From NCBI GenBank assembly GCA_032718475.1, contig JAUCBJ010001051.1, positions 12,760-76,759 of the forward strand: a stretch of 64,000 bases of DNA. Direction: 5' to 3'. Positions within the stretch are counted from its first letter, which is position 1, and every line of letters begins with the position of its first letter. Shown here piece after piece: positions 42,496 through 57,200 of this stretch. This DNA is from Nemertoderma westbladi. Taxonomy: Eukaryota > Animalia > Xenacoelomorpha. Under the pieces are notes generated by a model. The model was not told where the DNA came from, did not search any database, and worked only from the letters and a program-made list of their open reading frames with translations. Made by a program: the position numbers and the translations under genes.

Positions 42496-44583
42496 GCCAT
42501 ATGAGCAGAGCATATGACTATGAATAGATCATAGATGATAGAGATAGAACATCATGGACCCAAACACCAAGACAGCCAGACCCAGACCCAATAGGTACTG
42601 AATAGGCCTACTGGAATAGCAGACATCAGGACACAGCTGCATAATGCAGTAGTGTAGTGTATATATCAGTATATCGGTATTTAAATCAAAACTGCACTGT
42701 TATGGCTGTATGGACTGTGACTGGCTGAGTGGTACATACATCAGTACATACAGACATACATATTACATAATTACAATGCAACATTATTTTAATGATCAAT
42801 TTATTAATTATTATAAGTATTATAAGCAGGGATCGCACACGTACAGTCAGACATAGTAGTTACTTTTTGCGGTTGTGGTATGGCTTTGTAGTAGCTTGCT
42901 TTAGTGATATTAATTTCATTGATTTTTACATTAGGTAAATTATTGATGACGTGGTATACTACTAAAGTTCAATGGTGAGAGGTAAATAAAAAAGTCTCTC
43001 ATTGGCCGTATTCCAACCACTAAAAAGGAGGCTAGGGAATACTATAAGTGGATACAATAAATGAACACGGCAGGGTGGTTGTTATAGATTTTATAAAGCT
43101 TTGAGTAGGGCGGCGCATTGCTAATAAAATGTGAGTTTTAGTCGCAAAGAAGCGTGTCGCTCCCAGAAAGTGGGACTTGCGTCTAATATTTACACTAGAG
43201 TTACACTTTCTAATAAGTCCACTACTCCAAACAGACCCAACAAGTCATTTCTTTTGAAGCTAACGTAACTTCGTTATAGTTTCTTTCTCTCAGTTTCCGT
43301 ATGCCTCTCCTCCATCCGATTTTACGCTTCTCTCGCTGGATGTCCTATACCTGTAGATGTAATTACCACCCTTTGATGATATCTCGAGAAACGATCATAC
43401 TATTTTTAATGTGATTGTACAGTTTGGTAAACTGAATCAGGCGATATATCATCATAATTTCGGATGACACGTACCAGTGAAATCAGTCTTTAAAAAAAAA
43501 TTCAAACCAATATCAATGTACATATACAGATACACCCCGACACACAAATAAAGATACGTTTTTGACAGCAATAAGCCTAAAGGGCTTCTAATAATTAATT
43601 TCAATGAAAGGACACGCTGAAAATGCCGTTTATCACAGAAATTAACACAAATACTGTAACTGCTATTATCTTAGCTTCTCAAAGGCTACACGTAAATTCT
43701 ACTTGGAAAATTTATAAACTTTTCTCAGACTACATGTGTACCAAGTTTGGTTAAATTTCATTAACATTTGGCTGAGTTATTAACGTTTAAAATTAAAAAT
43801 TTAAATTAAATAAATTAAAAAACAAGCGTGTACCAAGTTTGGATAGATTCCATCGATACGGTGTCCCAAAGAGGCCACCGTACTATTTTTTCGAGAGTAA
43901 ACTTTCTTTTTCTCATTTTATACAGCAATCAAATTGACTTTTGACATCTCATTATGTAAAAATGTCATTTACAAATTGAGATATAGACATGAGATATAGA
44001 CTATGTCAAGATGTTAAATTGAAAATTACAGTTTGACATTATGACATGTCAAAATGTTAATTTAATATGTTGTATCAATTGAGAATAAGAAAGATTACTC
44101 TCTAAAAAGTACGGTGTCCTCTGACGGAAGCAGGTTGAGATAGTGGTGGTACGACCCGTATGCAAAGCTCGCTTACTTTCATGGCTCGCCCCACATTGTT
44201 TGTATTATCTTGCTAAGCTGAGGTCAGGGTATCTCGACCGGCCACAACCATTGTATAACTCTTGTTGTATGTGTATTTTGGTGAAGGGGATTTTGATATA
44301 ACATAGGCCTACACAGTAGATATGTTCCTGAAATGAGTCTAGTCATGTATCTGATAGTCAGAATCAGTAGTATGTATTCTGCACTACTATGCCTATTCAG
44401 CTATTGCAGTACATGTTGTATACTGCTGCACTACTTTACGCAGATATGATTACAAGATTATATATGGAGGATAGATATATTTTAGTTATACTGATATGTG
44501 TTTTTGTTATTCCGGGGTACACGAAACACAACAACTCTGATCAGTGATCAGTGATCATGATCTTGCATGATCATAATCTTTAG

Positions 44584-44868
44584 GTTCCACCTTGGTGTAG
44601 TGGTTGCATTGAATTCACATCTCCTGTAGGTCGTGGGTTCGATCCTCACATGGGCCAGGGCAGTTTTCGTTTCGGCACGAATGCTTTAAAGGGACCAGCC
44701 AGGGCGCATCTCTGCCTTGCATCCTTAAGTGGTAGCTAAATGAGTGCTGGAGTTTCCTCTGGGGAGTAAAGTTCTGGGGGGACCGCACTGGAAATAAGTC
44801 GTCAGACTTTGTGCGTAATCCCTGGCCTAGTGGCCGAAGAAAATTTACTTAACTTTTTTACTTTACTT
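44584..44868 (+). mobile_element. tRNA-derived SINE
   Basis: A box TGGTGTAGTGG, B box GGTTCGATCC, a body and a (TTTAC)n-like tail. The head also occurs at 52781, at 63769 and inverted at ~63285-63372. Confidence 0.75.
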
Positions 44869-45709
44869 TGCAGCCGACTTATGGGGGAAACATTGATATT
44901 CGCGACTCAACGTTAGCTGTAAGAAAATACTCTTGATCAACCAGCACATGTAACAATATTTCTGTTCATATTATTAGGCCCCTACTGTAATTCATAACAT
45001 CGCTATGGTGTTTATTACATCTACCTAATAATTAATGGAATTGGTGCAATGAATGAGTATTCATGAGTTGGGTGGTCGATTACACATACAAGGTATCATT
45101 AACATTATTCACGCACTACTCCATACAAACACACATTGCAATTATTGATTAATCATAAGGGATTTATTATTTTGTAACACAGAACTGCATTGCATGTATA
45201 TGATGTGTTTGTACTGTAGGCCTATATATGCAAGCTACTGTACGTACATAGGAACAGTAGGATAAAACGTACATAGGATAAAATTACATTAAGCTAATTT
45301 CATATAATTAAGCTACTACATTTCATAGTCAGCCAATATACAGTGTGTACATGTGATGGACTATATATCACAAACAAACAGGAAAAAAAATATATCTTTT
45401 AGTTTTGACCGCAGCTCAAAAATACTAAATTTGAAATATAATTAAATTTGTGAATTTGACTGATATCACACGTCAGAGAAATCACTCCTTTTAAAATTTA
45501 TTAAAGTAGAGTTAAAGGACTATATTCCATAAAAAAAAGTAGCGGAAAACACTATAATCAGCATTATAAACATAACGTGTAAGGCAATCCAGTTATCTAC
45601 GGTGGGGATTTTCGGCCATATTTACTTTTTTTTTATTTAATTCAATTTCTTTTTCCTTTTTTCTGATTATTTGCGTCCACATTTACTATTTCAGAAATAA
45701 TTATATTTC

Positions 45710-45855
45710 TTTTCCTTTTTACTATTAACTGTTCCTCAGTTAATTTTCCTTTTTACTATTAACTGTTCCTCAGTTAATTTTCCTTTTTACTATTAACTGT
45801 TCCTCAGTTACTTTTCCTTTTTACTATTAACTGTTCCTCAGTTACTTTTCCTTTT
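45710..45855. repeat. 34-bp minisatellite (4 copies here, 5 copies at ~53907-54085)
   Basis: TTTTCCTTTTTACTATTAACTGTTCCTCAGTTA(A/C) units. Confidence 0.85.
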
Positions 45856-46049
45856 TTTCTATCAACTGCGTTGACTGTTGTACTGTACCGCAGCGCCGGT
45901 ACAGCTGTAGGCTACATGCTGACTATACAGCTATACATAATATTATTATATTATTATATATTTAAATACATTATATATATATATATAAAAAAAAAGGTAA
46001 AGAAATTGATGTAACAGCTGATAGAAAAAATGTAAAGTAAATGAATTAT

Positions 46050-47150
46050 ATATTCGACAAAATTGCGCCGCCACAACTCCCTATCACCCATGACATTTGC
46101 TAGATCATCCGCATCTTCAAGGCCAGTGTCCTTTAAGATGCGTCGCAAGAAAGTCATGGGCTGTCCAATATGCTTATTCACTCCGTGAGGCTGCCAAAGT
46201 ACAAGATTATGCACTGTCTGGTCCTCACGGCGAAAGCAATGTCCAGCAAAGCGGAGGCGATTTTGTTCTAGTGTCAAGCTTGGGGGAACCAATGAGACAC
46301 CTCCAATGTTATATAGTGTCTGGTTGGAGATGTTTGCATTGTACTTGACACAATGAACCCGGCGTAGCATTCTTGTGAATGTGCCATCCATAGATTTGGT
46401 GTCCTCAGCAGTTAGAGCCCAGCATGGACTCCCATAGAGGAGTACTGGAACTACTGCTGCTCTAAATAATCGGACCTGAAGTTTCCGATTAATTCTCGGT
46501 GACTTCCAAATCCTGGAAAGCCTATTCAAGGCTGCCCATGCCTTTCCCTTACGTATTCGAAGGTCCTCACCTGACTTCCGGATCCATGATCCCAGGTAAC
46601 AGAAGTCGTCCACATGCTCGAGCATACCATCATTTGAGCTTATGCTCTTCCGATCAGAGACTTGCTGAGGACTTTCAAAGCTAACTGTCAAACTTTTGGT
46701 CTTTCTGGAGTTAATAAAAAGACCAACACTAGAAGCAGCCTGTTCTAATGAGCTGAGGAGCTGTTGGTCTCCCTCTAGTGATTCTGAGAGTACTCCTAAG
46801 TCATCAGCAAAGTCTAGATCAGTTAGGTACTTGGCAGGATTTCTTCGACTTCTGGAGCCAGTAGGTGGAGTTATCATCACCCCATCATCATTATGATGAT
46901 CTAAGGACATGGATAGAACATAGTCAACCACAATTATGAACAAAAATGGCGCAAGTGTGTCACCCTGGAGGACGCCCCATAACACGGTTCTGTGTCTCCG
47001 CCAACAGTAGACACAAATGTTGTCGAACCATCGTATACTTATCTGATTGCTGCAATCAGAGAATCCCATATAATGAAAGTATGCTGAATATACGTGAGCG
47101 AGAGACTGAATCAAAGGCCTTGTAGAAGTCAACAAAGATAACAGCCAGAT
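46050..47150 (-). mobile_element. 3' part of the RTE LINE, truncated at the duplication junction
   Basis: GVLQGDTLAPFLF, LDFADDL and VDDFCYLGSWI; near-identical to ~54280-55379. Confidence 0.9.
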
Positions 47151-48603
47151 AAATCGTTTGAGTTGATTTATAATATATATATACCCGTTTAAATGGGTTT
47201 TGTCAATATTTGAAATAAATGTTATTATTTCTGGGGGGTCACTACACAGAAGCTATGCGCTCTCAGTGAAGTGCTACCTATGGGACACTAAAACAGATAA
47301 TTCTAATTTACCTAAGTTACTTAATACTACAATTACTTACGATACGGGTGAGATTAAATCTCTAATTAAACTCAACAAAAATATTACGTACGAAATTTTT
47401 AGGGTAATTTTACAGGAAGTCTACAAACCAGCCTAACAAAGGGTTAGAATTCTGGTTATTACAACGGACAGGGTACTACGGTATTTTAAAATAATAAGTA
47501 GTAGTAAATACACTGCGTTGTCCAGATAGGAAAGTACCACCGCCTGACGACCTATAACCGTATCGCTATAGGTACTACGTTATGTATCACGGATTGTTCC
47601 TACCTAGAAGTTAATTACCGCGGACTACCAGATCCAGCGTGCCTATTAACCACTTTACAACACAAATATACTGCCTACACACTAATTACTTCGGAAAGCA
47701 CTGTACACTAAACCCTAAATTAGGTACAAGTACTGGTACAACAAATAATCAGTAGTTAAATATACTTGAACAGTTAAAAGAACCACGGCATCTGCTGGAG
47801 TGACCGGAGCACAAAGTCACCAGTCTTTACCTACGCCAAGCAGCCCGTGTAGTACCGGGGTTAATTTAACTATAACGGTATGTATAACAAACACAATTAC
47901 TGTAGGAATAAACTTGGGGACATGAATGTTGCGAATAATCGCATAAACTCTGAATAATAAATATTACGCTACCCGTACAGAATACTCAAATAAAATACAA
48001 ACCAAACGCTGGCAGACTACCACCAAGCCTAAATAAACTACTGTATGTGCAGATTCCAAAATCGTTAGTTAGTATGCGTTCTAACACGGTAGTACGACTT
48101 ATTCTTTAAGAGGGGATTGACCTTACAGCAATGGCTGCCCCAACTTACTAACTGGCGCTCTATCGGACAAACTCTACACACGCCGTAATCTCTCCAAACC
48201 CAACAACAATCCGACAACAATCCGGCCTACAGTTATCTGAACAATCTGAGCAGACTTACACGTCTTCAGCTCAATATTAACTTACTAGGAAATAAAACTG
48301 ACAGAAATAGACCTAAGTAAAATCCCAATAAAAACCAGGCGTCCCCGATTTAATATCGAGACCTACTGGTATACAATAATCAAATCGAATAATACTAATG
48401 TACTTATACTGGAAGTACCGGTTAGGACAGTTGGGCCTACGGACCTACCAAAGTACCGGTTCTGGCAGTTGGACCTACGGACCTACGGCAGTACCGGTTC
48501 TGGCAGTTGGGCCTACTGACCTACAGAAGTACCGGTTCAGGTTTACCGGTCGACCGGTACTTTCAACTTTATTGCTTACTGCAATAAAGTCAATGACTGT
48601 TAT

Positions 48604-49888
48604 TGTACGCGCTTTTGAAGACCTTTAGCAGTTTAACCTGCCAAAATTTATATGTCTTTTGGTTTATCAATATACTTTAGAAGATGACAAATATTTAATA
48701 CCAATAAACACAACATTAGCAGAAGCCAGCCTAGTGCGCGTCCATTCACCCGCTGGATATACCCGGGAGACTGGATTCTGAGGGCTTAGATTATTATTGC
48801 AGTGAAGCCTACTGTATTATTCGATTGATCGTTAATAAATAATTTCTGACTAATATTATTCACTTTCGGGAAATATTAACAGTTCCTTTAGGACGTGGCG
48901 CTCTATCTAAGTAAACAGAGATATGACTTATACTAATCACAACGGTAAGTCGGTAAGGCTTATAATTCACGTATGAGGCGCATTCTTTAGGAAATGCTTA
49001 GTTATCAGTCACAATCAGGCACACTACCGGTAACACACAATACTGCTCACTAATTTGCCGACCGTCAATGTATTTTATCATATATAAAGCGAACAGCAAT
49101 TGACTCTTGTAGTGCTTATCAAATAGCATTAAATTCAATACAAACCACAACAATATAAGTCGCAATCGCTATATATAACCCGCCTCTCTAACCTGTAGTG
49201 TATCAAGAAAATTGGGAAATTTGGGTTCTTTATAAACGTTCTCCAAATAATCTTCAATCAACTGATATAAAATATGACAACAGTAAAAACATTAAGACGG
49301 TAGGTTAGGATATGATATGAACCGATATGTACAGTGATATGTACTGAGTGTCCAAATTGTGCCGTGATATGAATTGATTTGTGTTATGAATTGCATTGAT
49401 AACAGTCATACGCTCTATAATCTTAAGCCTACTAATGTTTCTTTCTAGAGCCGTTGTTTCTGGCTTAGACAGCAATAACAACAAAGTATCAGTAAAAAAC
49501 TGTAAGACTGAACAATCCCAGTATGATCGGCTCAAAGCTCCACATCGACAGAGAAAATCGCTCTGATTGGCTGAAGCCAAACAAAGAACCATGCGTCCAA
49601 TGGCTGTTTCCATTTAAGCAACCAGCTGTTAGATGTCGTAATCTGAATCATCACGGCTAAGCTGTGTAAAAGTATTTGCCGTATTGCGGGTTTTTTGCCT
49701 TACCATGTCCGCTAAAACACGTATATAGAAGAATGACTTTTATGTCCGTTAAAAACACCTGTAACGGTACCTTGCGGGCAAGGGGAATATATATACAGTT
49801 AGAGAACCCTTTTAGAGTATTCCAGCGCCTAGGGGGAAACTGGATTGCGAAGCAAAGGGGCCAGTTATATCCCACAGAAGCTTTTACA
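48604..49888 (-). repeat. Third BEL LTR (1285 bp), created by the duplication, with PBS and partial leader (47151-48603)
   Basis: Same TG...CA sequence, followed by the same ATGGT flank. Confidence 0.95.
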
Positions 49889-50084
49889 ATGGTCATAAAT
49901 TCGTATTTGCGTCACTATACTGGCAGTCTGGCAGTGGCATACTGGTACCTATTTTGTCTGCGGACTTAGCGAGAAAGCTATGATTAATTAAAAAAATAAA
50001 TACTACAAAATAAAATGGCAATATTTACATTACTGTACATTACTAACCTAAACTACTGTATACTGTATACCATGCTGCCATATG

Positions 50085-50790
50085 CAGTGCTGTTCAACTA
50101 ATTTTGTAGTGACAATTTAACTAAACCCAACTAAATAATTAAAAATGACTAGTTAACTAACTTTTTCAACTAATTCTGAGGTGTCTAGTTAAATAAAAGT
50201 TAAAAAGTTAACTAAAACTTAACTAAAACACAATTTTGAAAAATACATGTAACCATAGCAACAGGTTGTTATACAACAATTACGATATCGACAGTCACTG
50301 GGCCCAAACCACAGTCAGTCGTTTTTGATGGACAGCACTGTTACAATAGCAACATGTTCAGAAATAGGTGTTATTGCTTTCAAAACCCAAACGCTTTATT
50401 ATTTATCCATATACAGTATATATAAATTTATAATATAAATCTTTATATTATATAGGTAGGTAACCGGTAGGTACATTAGCACTACTGCACTAGAAGTAGA
50501 ACTAGGCAACCATGGCCTCTGATAGGGTGATAGGTAAACGGCAAATAGGCCTCTGATAGAGAGGCCATTACTTTTAAGAAGACCGAATAGTACAGTGTGA
50601 TCGGTAATGGTGGTATGGTTAAGGTTTGGAATTTAGTTAGAATTTAGTTGAAAGTTCAACTATTTTTCTTCAAAAAACGCTTTAACTAACTAAATTCGTC
50701 GCGACAAATTAACTAAAACCACTTTAACTAAATAACACCAAATGACAACTTAACTAGTTGACCTTTCAACTATGTAGTTTAACAGCACTG
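50085..50790. mobile_element. Duplicated hAT-type MITE
   Basis: Same TIRs and GCCATATG TSD as 41790-42495. Confidence 0.88.
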
Positions 50791-52780
50791 GCCATATGAG
50801 CAGAGCATATGACTATGAATAGATCATAGATGATAGAGATAGAACATCATGGACCCAAACACCAAGACAGCCAGACCCAGACCCAATAGGTACTGAATAG
50901 GCCTACTGGAATAGCAGACATCAGGACACAGCTGCATAATGCAGTAGTGTAGTGTATATATCAGTATATCGGTATTTAAATCAAAACTGCACTGTTATGG
51001 CTGTATGGACTGTGACTGGCTGAGTGGTACATACATCAGTACATACAGACATACATATTACATAATTACAATGCAACATTATTTTAATGATCAATTTATT
51101 AATTATTATAAGTATTATAAGCAGGGATCGCACACGTACAGTCAGACATAGTAGTTACTTTTTGCGGTTGTGGTATGGCTTTGTAGTAGCTTGCTTTAGT
51201 GATATTAATTTCATTGATTTTTACATTAGGTAAATTATTGATGACGTGGTATACTACTAAAGTTCAATGGTGAGAGGTAAATAAAAAAGTCTCTCATTGG
51301 CCGTATTCCAACCACTAAAAAGGAGGCTAGGGAATACTATAAGTGGATACAAAAAATGAACACGGCAGGGTGGTTGTTATAGATTTTATAAAGCTTTGAG
51401 TAGGGCGGCGCATTGCTAATAAAATGTGAGTTTTAGTCGCAAAGAAGCGTGTCGCTCCCAGAAAGTGGGACTTGCGTCTAATATTTACACTAGAGTTACA
51501 CTTTCTAATAAGTCCACTACTCCAAACAGACCCAACAAGTCATTTCTTTTGAAGCTAACGTAACTTCGTTATAGTTTCTTTCTCTCAGTTTCCGTATGCC
51601 TCTCCTCCATCCGATTTTACGCTTCTCTCGCTGGATGTCCTATACCTGTAGATGTAATTACCACCCTTTGATGATATCTCGAGAAACGATCATACTATTT
51701 TTAATGTGATTGTACAGTTTGGTAAACTGAATCAGGCGATATATCATCATAATTTCGGATGACACGTACCAGTGAAATCAGTCTTTAAAAAAAAATTCAA
51801 ACCAATATCAATGTACATATACAGATACACCCCGACACACAAATAAAGATACGTTTTTGACAGCAATAAGCCTAAAGGGCTTCTAATAATTAATTTCAAT
51901 GAAAGGACACGCTGAAAATGCCGTTTATCACAGAAATTAACACAAATACTGTAACTGCTATTATCTTAGCTTCTCAAAGGCTACACGTAAATTCTACTTG
52001 GAAAATTTATAAACTTTTCTCAGACTACATGTGTACCAAGTTTGGTTAAATTTCATTAACATTTGGCTGAGTTATTAACGTTTAAAATTAAAAATTTAAA
52101 TTAAATAAATTAAAAAACAAGCGTGTACCAAGTTTGGATAGATTCCATCGATACGGTGTCCCAAAGAGGCCACCGTACTATTTTTTCGAGAGTAAACTTT
52201 CTTTTTCTCATTTTATACAGCAATCAAATTGACTTTTGACATCTCATTATGTAAAAATGTCATTTACAAATTGAGATATAGACATGAGATATAGACTATG
52301 TCAAGATGTTAAATTGAAAATTACAGTTTGACATTATGACATGTCAAAATGTTAATTTAATATGTTGTATCAATTGAGAATAAGAAAGATTACTCTCTAA
52401 AAAGTGCGGTGTCCTCTGACGGAAGCAGGTTGAGATAGTGGTACGACCCGTATGCAAAGCTCGCTTACTTTCATGGCTCAAGGGGATTTTGATATAACAT
52501 AGGCCTACACAGTAGATATGTTCCTGAAATGAGTCTAGTCATGTATCTGACAGTCAGAATCAGTAGTATGTATTCTGCACTACTATGCCTATTCAGCTAT
52601 TGCAGTACATGTTGTATACTGCTGCACTGCTTTACGCAGATATGATTACAAGATTATATATGGAGGATAGATATATTTTAGTTATACTGATATGTGTTTT
52701 TTTTTATTCCGGGGTACACGAAACACAACAACTCTGATCAGTGATCAGTGATCATGATCTTGCATGATCATAATCTTTAG

Positions 52781-53062
52781 GTTCCACCTTGGTGTAGTGG
52801 TTGCATTGAATTCACATCTCCCGTAGGTCGTGGGTTCGATCCTCACATGGGCCAGGGCAGTTTTCGTTTCGGCACGAATGCTTTAAAGGGACCAGCCAGG
52901 GCGCATCTCTGCCTTACATCAAGTGGTAGCTAAATGAGTACTGGAGTTTCCTCTGGGGAGTAAAGTTCTGGGGGGACCGCACTGGAAATAAGTCGTCAGA
53001 CTTTGTGCGTAATCCCTGGCCTAGTGGCCGAAGAAAATTTACTTACTTTTTTACTTTACTTT
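52781..53062 (+). mobile_element. Duplicated tRNA-derived SINE
   Basis: Copy of 44584-44868 with a few substitutions and indels. Confidence 0.75.
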
Positions 53063-54269
53063 GCAGCCGACTTAGGGGGGAAACATTGATATTCGCCACT
53101 CAACGTTAGCTGTAAGAAAATACTCTTGATCAACCAGCACATGTAACAATATTTCTGTTCATATTATTAGGCCCCTACTGTAATTCATAACATCGCTATG
53201 GTGTTTATTACATCTACCTAATAATTAATGGAATTGGTGCAATGAATGAGATTCATGAGTTGGGTGGTCGATTACACATACAAGGTGTCATTATCATTAT
53301 TCATGCACTACTCCATACAAACACACATTGCAATTATTGATTAATCATAATGGATTTATTATTTTGTAACACAGAACTGCATTGCATGTATATGATGTGT
53401 TTGTACTGTAGGCCTATATATGCAAGCTACTGTACGTACATAGGAACAGTAGGATAAAACGTACATAGGATAAAATTACATTAAGCTAATTTCATATAAT
53501 TAAGCTACTAAATTTCATAGTCAGCCAATATACCTACAGTGTGTACATGTGATGGACTATATATCACAAACAATCAGGAAAAAAAATATATCTTTCAGTT
53601 TTGACCGCAGCTCAAAATTACTAAATTTGAAATATAATTAAATTTGTGAATTTGACTGATATCACACGTCAGAGATATCACTCCTTTTAAAATTTACTAA
53701 AGTAGAGTTAAAGGACTATATTCCATAAAAAAAAAAGTAGCGGAAAACACTATAATCAGCATTATAAACATAACGTGTAAGGCAATCCAGTTATCTACGG
53801 TGGGGATTTGAGGCCATATTTACTTTTTTTTTATTTAATTCAATTTCTTTTCCTTTTTTCTGATTATTTGAGTCCACATTTACTATTTCAGAAATAATTA
53901 TATTTCTTTTCCTTTTTACTATTAACTGTTCCTCAGTTACTTTTCCTTTTTACTATTAACTGTTCCTCAGTTACTTTTCCTTTTTACTATTAACTGTTCC
54001 TCAGTTACTTTTCCTTTTTACTATTAACTGTTCCTCAGTTACTTTTCCTTTTTACTATTAACTGTTCCTCAGTTACTTTTCCTTTTTTTCTATCAGCTGC
54101 GTTGACTGTTGTACTGTACCGCAGCGCCGGTACAGCTGTAGGCTACATGCTGACTATACAGCTATACATAATATTATTATATTATTATATATTTAAATAC
54201 ATTATATATATATATAAAAAAAAAGGTAAAGAAATTGATGTAACAGCTGATAGAAAAAATGTAAAGTAA

Positions 54270-57200
54270 ATGAATTATATATTCGACAAAATTGCACCGC
54301 CACAACTCCCTATCACCCATGACATTTGCTAGATCATCCGCATCTTCAAGGCCAGTGTCCTTTAAGATGCGTCGCAAGAAAGTCATGGGCTGTCCAATAT
54401 GCTTATTCACTCCGTGAGGCTGCCAAAGTACAAGATTATGCACTGTCTGGTCCTCACGGCGAAAGCAATGTCCAGCAAAGCGGAGGCGATTTTGTTCTAG
54501 TGTCAAGCTTGGGGGAACCAATGAGACACCTCCAATGTTATATAGTGTCTGGTTGGAGATGTTTGCATTGTACTTGACACAATGAACCCGGCGTAGCATT
54601 CTTGTGAATGTGCCATCAAGAGATTTGGTGTCCTCAGCAGATAGAGCCCAGCATAGACTCCCATAGAGGAGTACTGGAACTACTGCTGCTCTAAATAATC
54701 GGACCTGAAGTTTCCGATTAATTCTCGGTGACTTCCAAATCCTGGAAAGCCTATTCAAGGCTGCCCATGCCTTTCCCTTACGTATTCGAAGGTCCTCACC
54801 TGACTTCCGGATCCATGATCCCAGGTAACAGAAGTCGTCCACATGCTCGAGCATACCATCATTTGAGCTTATGCTCTTCCGATCAGAGACTTGCTGAGGA
54901 CTTTCAAAGCTAACTGTCAAACTTTTGGTCTTTCTGGAGTTAATAAAAAGACCAACACTAGAAGCAGCCTGTTCTAATGAGCTGAGGAGCTGTTGGTCTC
55001 CCTCTAGTGATTCTGAGAGTACTCCTAAGTCATCAGCAAAGTCTAGATCAGTTAGGTACTTGGCAGGATTTCTTCGACTTCTGGAGCCAGTAGGTGGAGT
55101 TATCATCACCCCATCATCATTATGATGATCTAAGGACATGCATAGAACATAGTCAACCACAATTATGAACAAAAATGGCGCAAGTGTGTCACCCTGGAGG
55201 ACGCCCCATAACACGGTTCTGTGTCTCCGCCAACAGTAGACACAAATGTTGTCGAACCATCGTATACTTATCTGATTGCTGCAATCAGAGAATCCCATAT
55301 AATGAAAGTATGCTGAATATACGTGAGCGAGAGACTGAATCAAAGGCCTTGTAGAAGTCAACAAAGATAACAGCCAGATGCCTGTCTTTCTTTTTTGATA
55401 ACTCTTCAATTATCCTTCTAAGTGCCAAAATGGACTCCATGGTCCCACGTCCTTTACGGAACCCATTCTTATTTCCACGGAGCAGTCTCTCAATTGGATC
55501 CCTGATGCGATTTAATAGAATTCTATTGTATAGCTTTGCAGCAATCGAGATCAATGAGATTCCCCGAAAAGAACCATAGAGTGTTAGGTTGCCCTTCTTG
55601 GGAACTGGCACCAACTTATTTGTTTTCATTTCTTGTGGGACTATTGTTGTTCGGTAGATGTATACTATGATGGGATAGATGAGCTTTAAACACTCAGGTA
55701 TTTTAAAGACCTCAGGGGGAACACCATCTACTCCACTGGCACGATTGGTCTTAATGCTCTTTGCAGCAGCCTTCACTTCTGTAAATGAGATATCGCCAAT
55801 GGGAATATCTGGGAGTACAGACTCAGACACTTTTACTTCTATAAAGCTATCAGGCAATACCCTGTCATTAGTGAGGAGCTTTTCAAAGTGGGCTTTCCAA
55901 CCATTGAGGCGATCGGCTGGTGATTCAGCCTTAACCTTGGTGGTTGGTTGGCTTTTCCGCCCACTAAGCAAGTTGATCGATTTCCATGCTTGGGATGATT
56001 GCCTGCTTTCGTCAGCATCATTGATGGCATCAACCTGTTGGTTTATTAGCTCCTGTAGATTAACAGAGTACTGCCTGTTCAGGAACCTAGATGCAGCCTT
56101 AACTGCATTCTTGGCCGCTGTAGTCTGTTTGAGTCGGGACTCTTTCTCCGCCTTATAGAGGTCATTTCGGCACTTCTGAATTTTGTTGTCAGTCCAGGGG
56201 GCTCTTTTCCTGTTTCGAGTGTATACAGGAACTGTTTCTGCAGCTGCTAACTTAACTGCTTCTGTGAAGGCAGTATAGCCCTCGCAGTGATCGGCCGCCT
56301 TAAAGGCAAGAACCTCATACCTGTTGCTCAGCTGTAGTGTGAAGCTGGATCTCACACTTGGCTGTTGTAACAGAGAGGACCAGTCATGCCGCGCGGCAAG
56401 GCAAATTTCTTTGTTCTGCTAGCACGCAGACTAAGTCTTATCTTGGCCACAATAAGGCTGGAGAAGGGTCGAAGTGTAAATGCATTACAGTCTTGTATAG
56501 AGCTCCTGTATTTCCTACGAAACAGAATAGGGTCTATCTGGGACTTGTGACCACTTGGTCCACTATGAGTCCATAGCTTTCCAGTTCGCTTCTTGAACTG
56601 GGTTCCAGCCGAAAACAATCGATTTCCAGAGATAAAATCCTGAAGATGGACGGAATTTCGGTTAACACTATTGCTATAGACCCAGGGCGATGTAGGTGAT
56701 TGATGCAGACTTGCATTAAAGTCTCCCAGGAATGTTAATAATGCATGCTGATCCACTCCATCAGTAGCTGCTTGTAGATTCTGGTAGAAATTGTCCACCT
56801 CCTCTACAGGGGCAACACTAGTTGGAGAGTAGCACAAAATCAGAACCAGCTTACAGCAGGAAACTTCTTTGCCAGTCTTCCAGAACATTAAAAGTGGCAA
56901 CGGATGATGCGGTTAGAGATTTGGTCTATTTTGTCCAATGCTGCATGTGCAGTTGGATTTATCAATAGACCAATTCCACCATTGCCACTATCATCTGCTG
57001 ACGCGAGGGCGAGTCGCCGCCCCATGTCCTTAATCAGAACCTCATCAGTCTGTCCAGTCTGCATTCGGTGCTCTTGAACACCCACTGCGCTAAGAGAAAG
57101 CTTACTGTATCTACCAAGGCAGTCAGCTCACCTTGTCGCATTACGGACCCGAGTGTTAAGGTGTTTACTGAGGCCTAGTGACTTGCCTCAGATTCACCAA

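Larger units (their letters stand above)
38853..55379. repeat. Tandem segmental duplication, ~8.3-kb unit (38853-47150 and 47149-55379)
   Basis: The junction ...ACAGCCAG-AT-AAATCGTTTG at 47149-47150 joins RTE sequence to BEL leader sequence with a 2-bp AT microhomology. All internal features occur twice. Confidence 0.93.

Noticed and set aside
44584-44660. tRNA gene (also at 52781, 63769 and ~63300)
   Set aside because: A and B boxes are present but there is no proper acceptor or anticodon stem, and the sequence continues into a SINE body or repeat arm.
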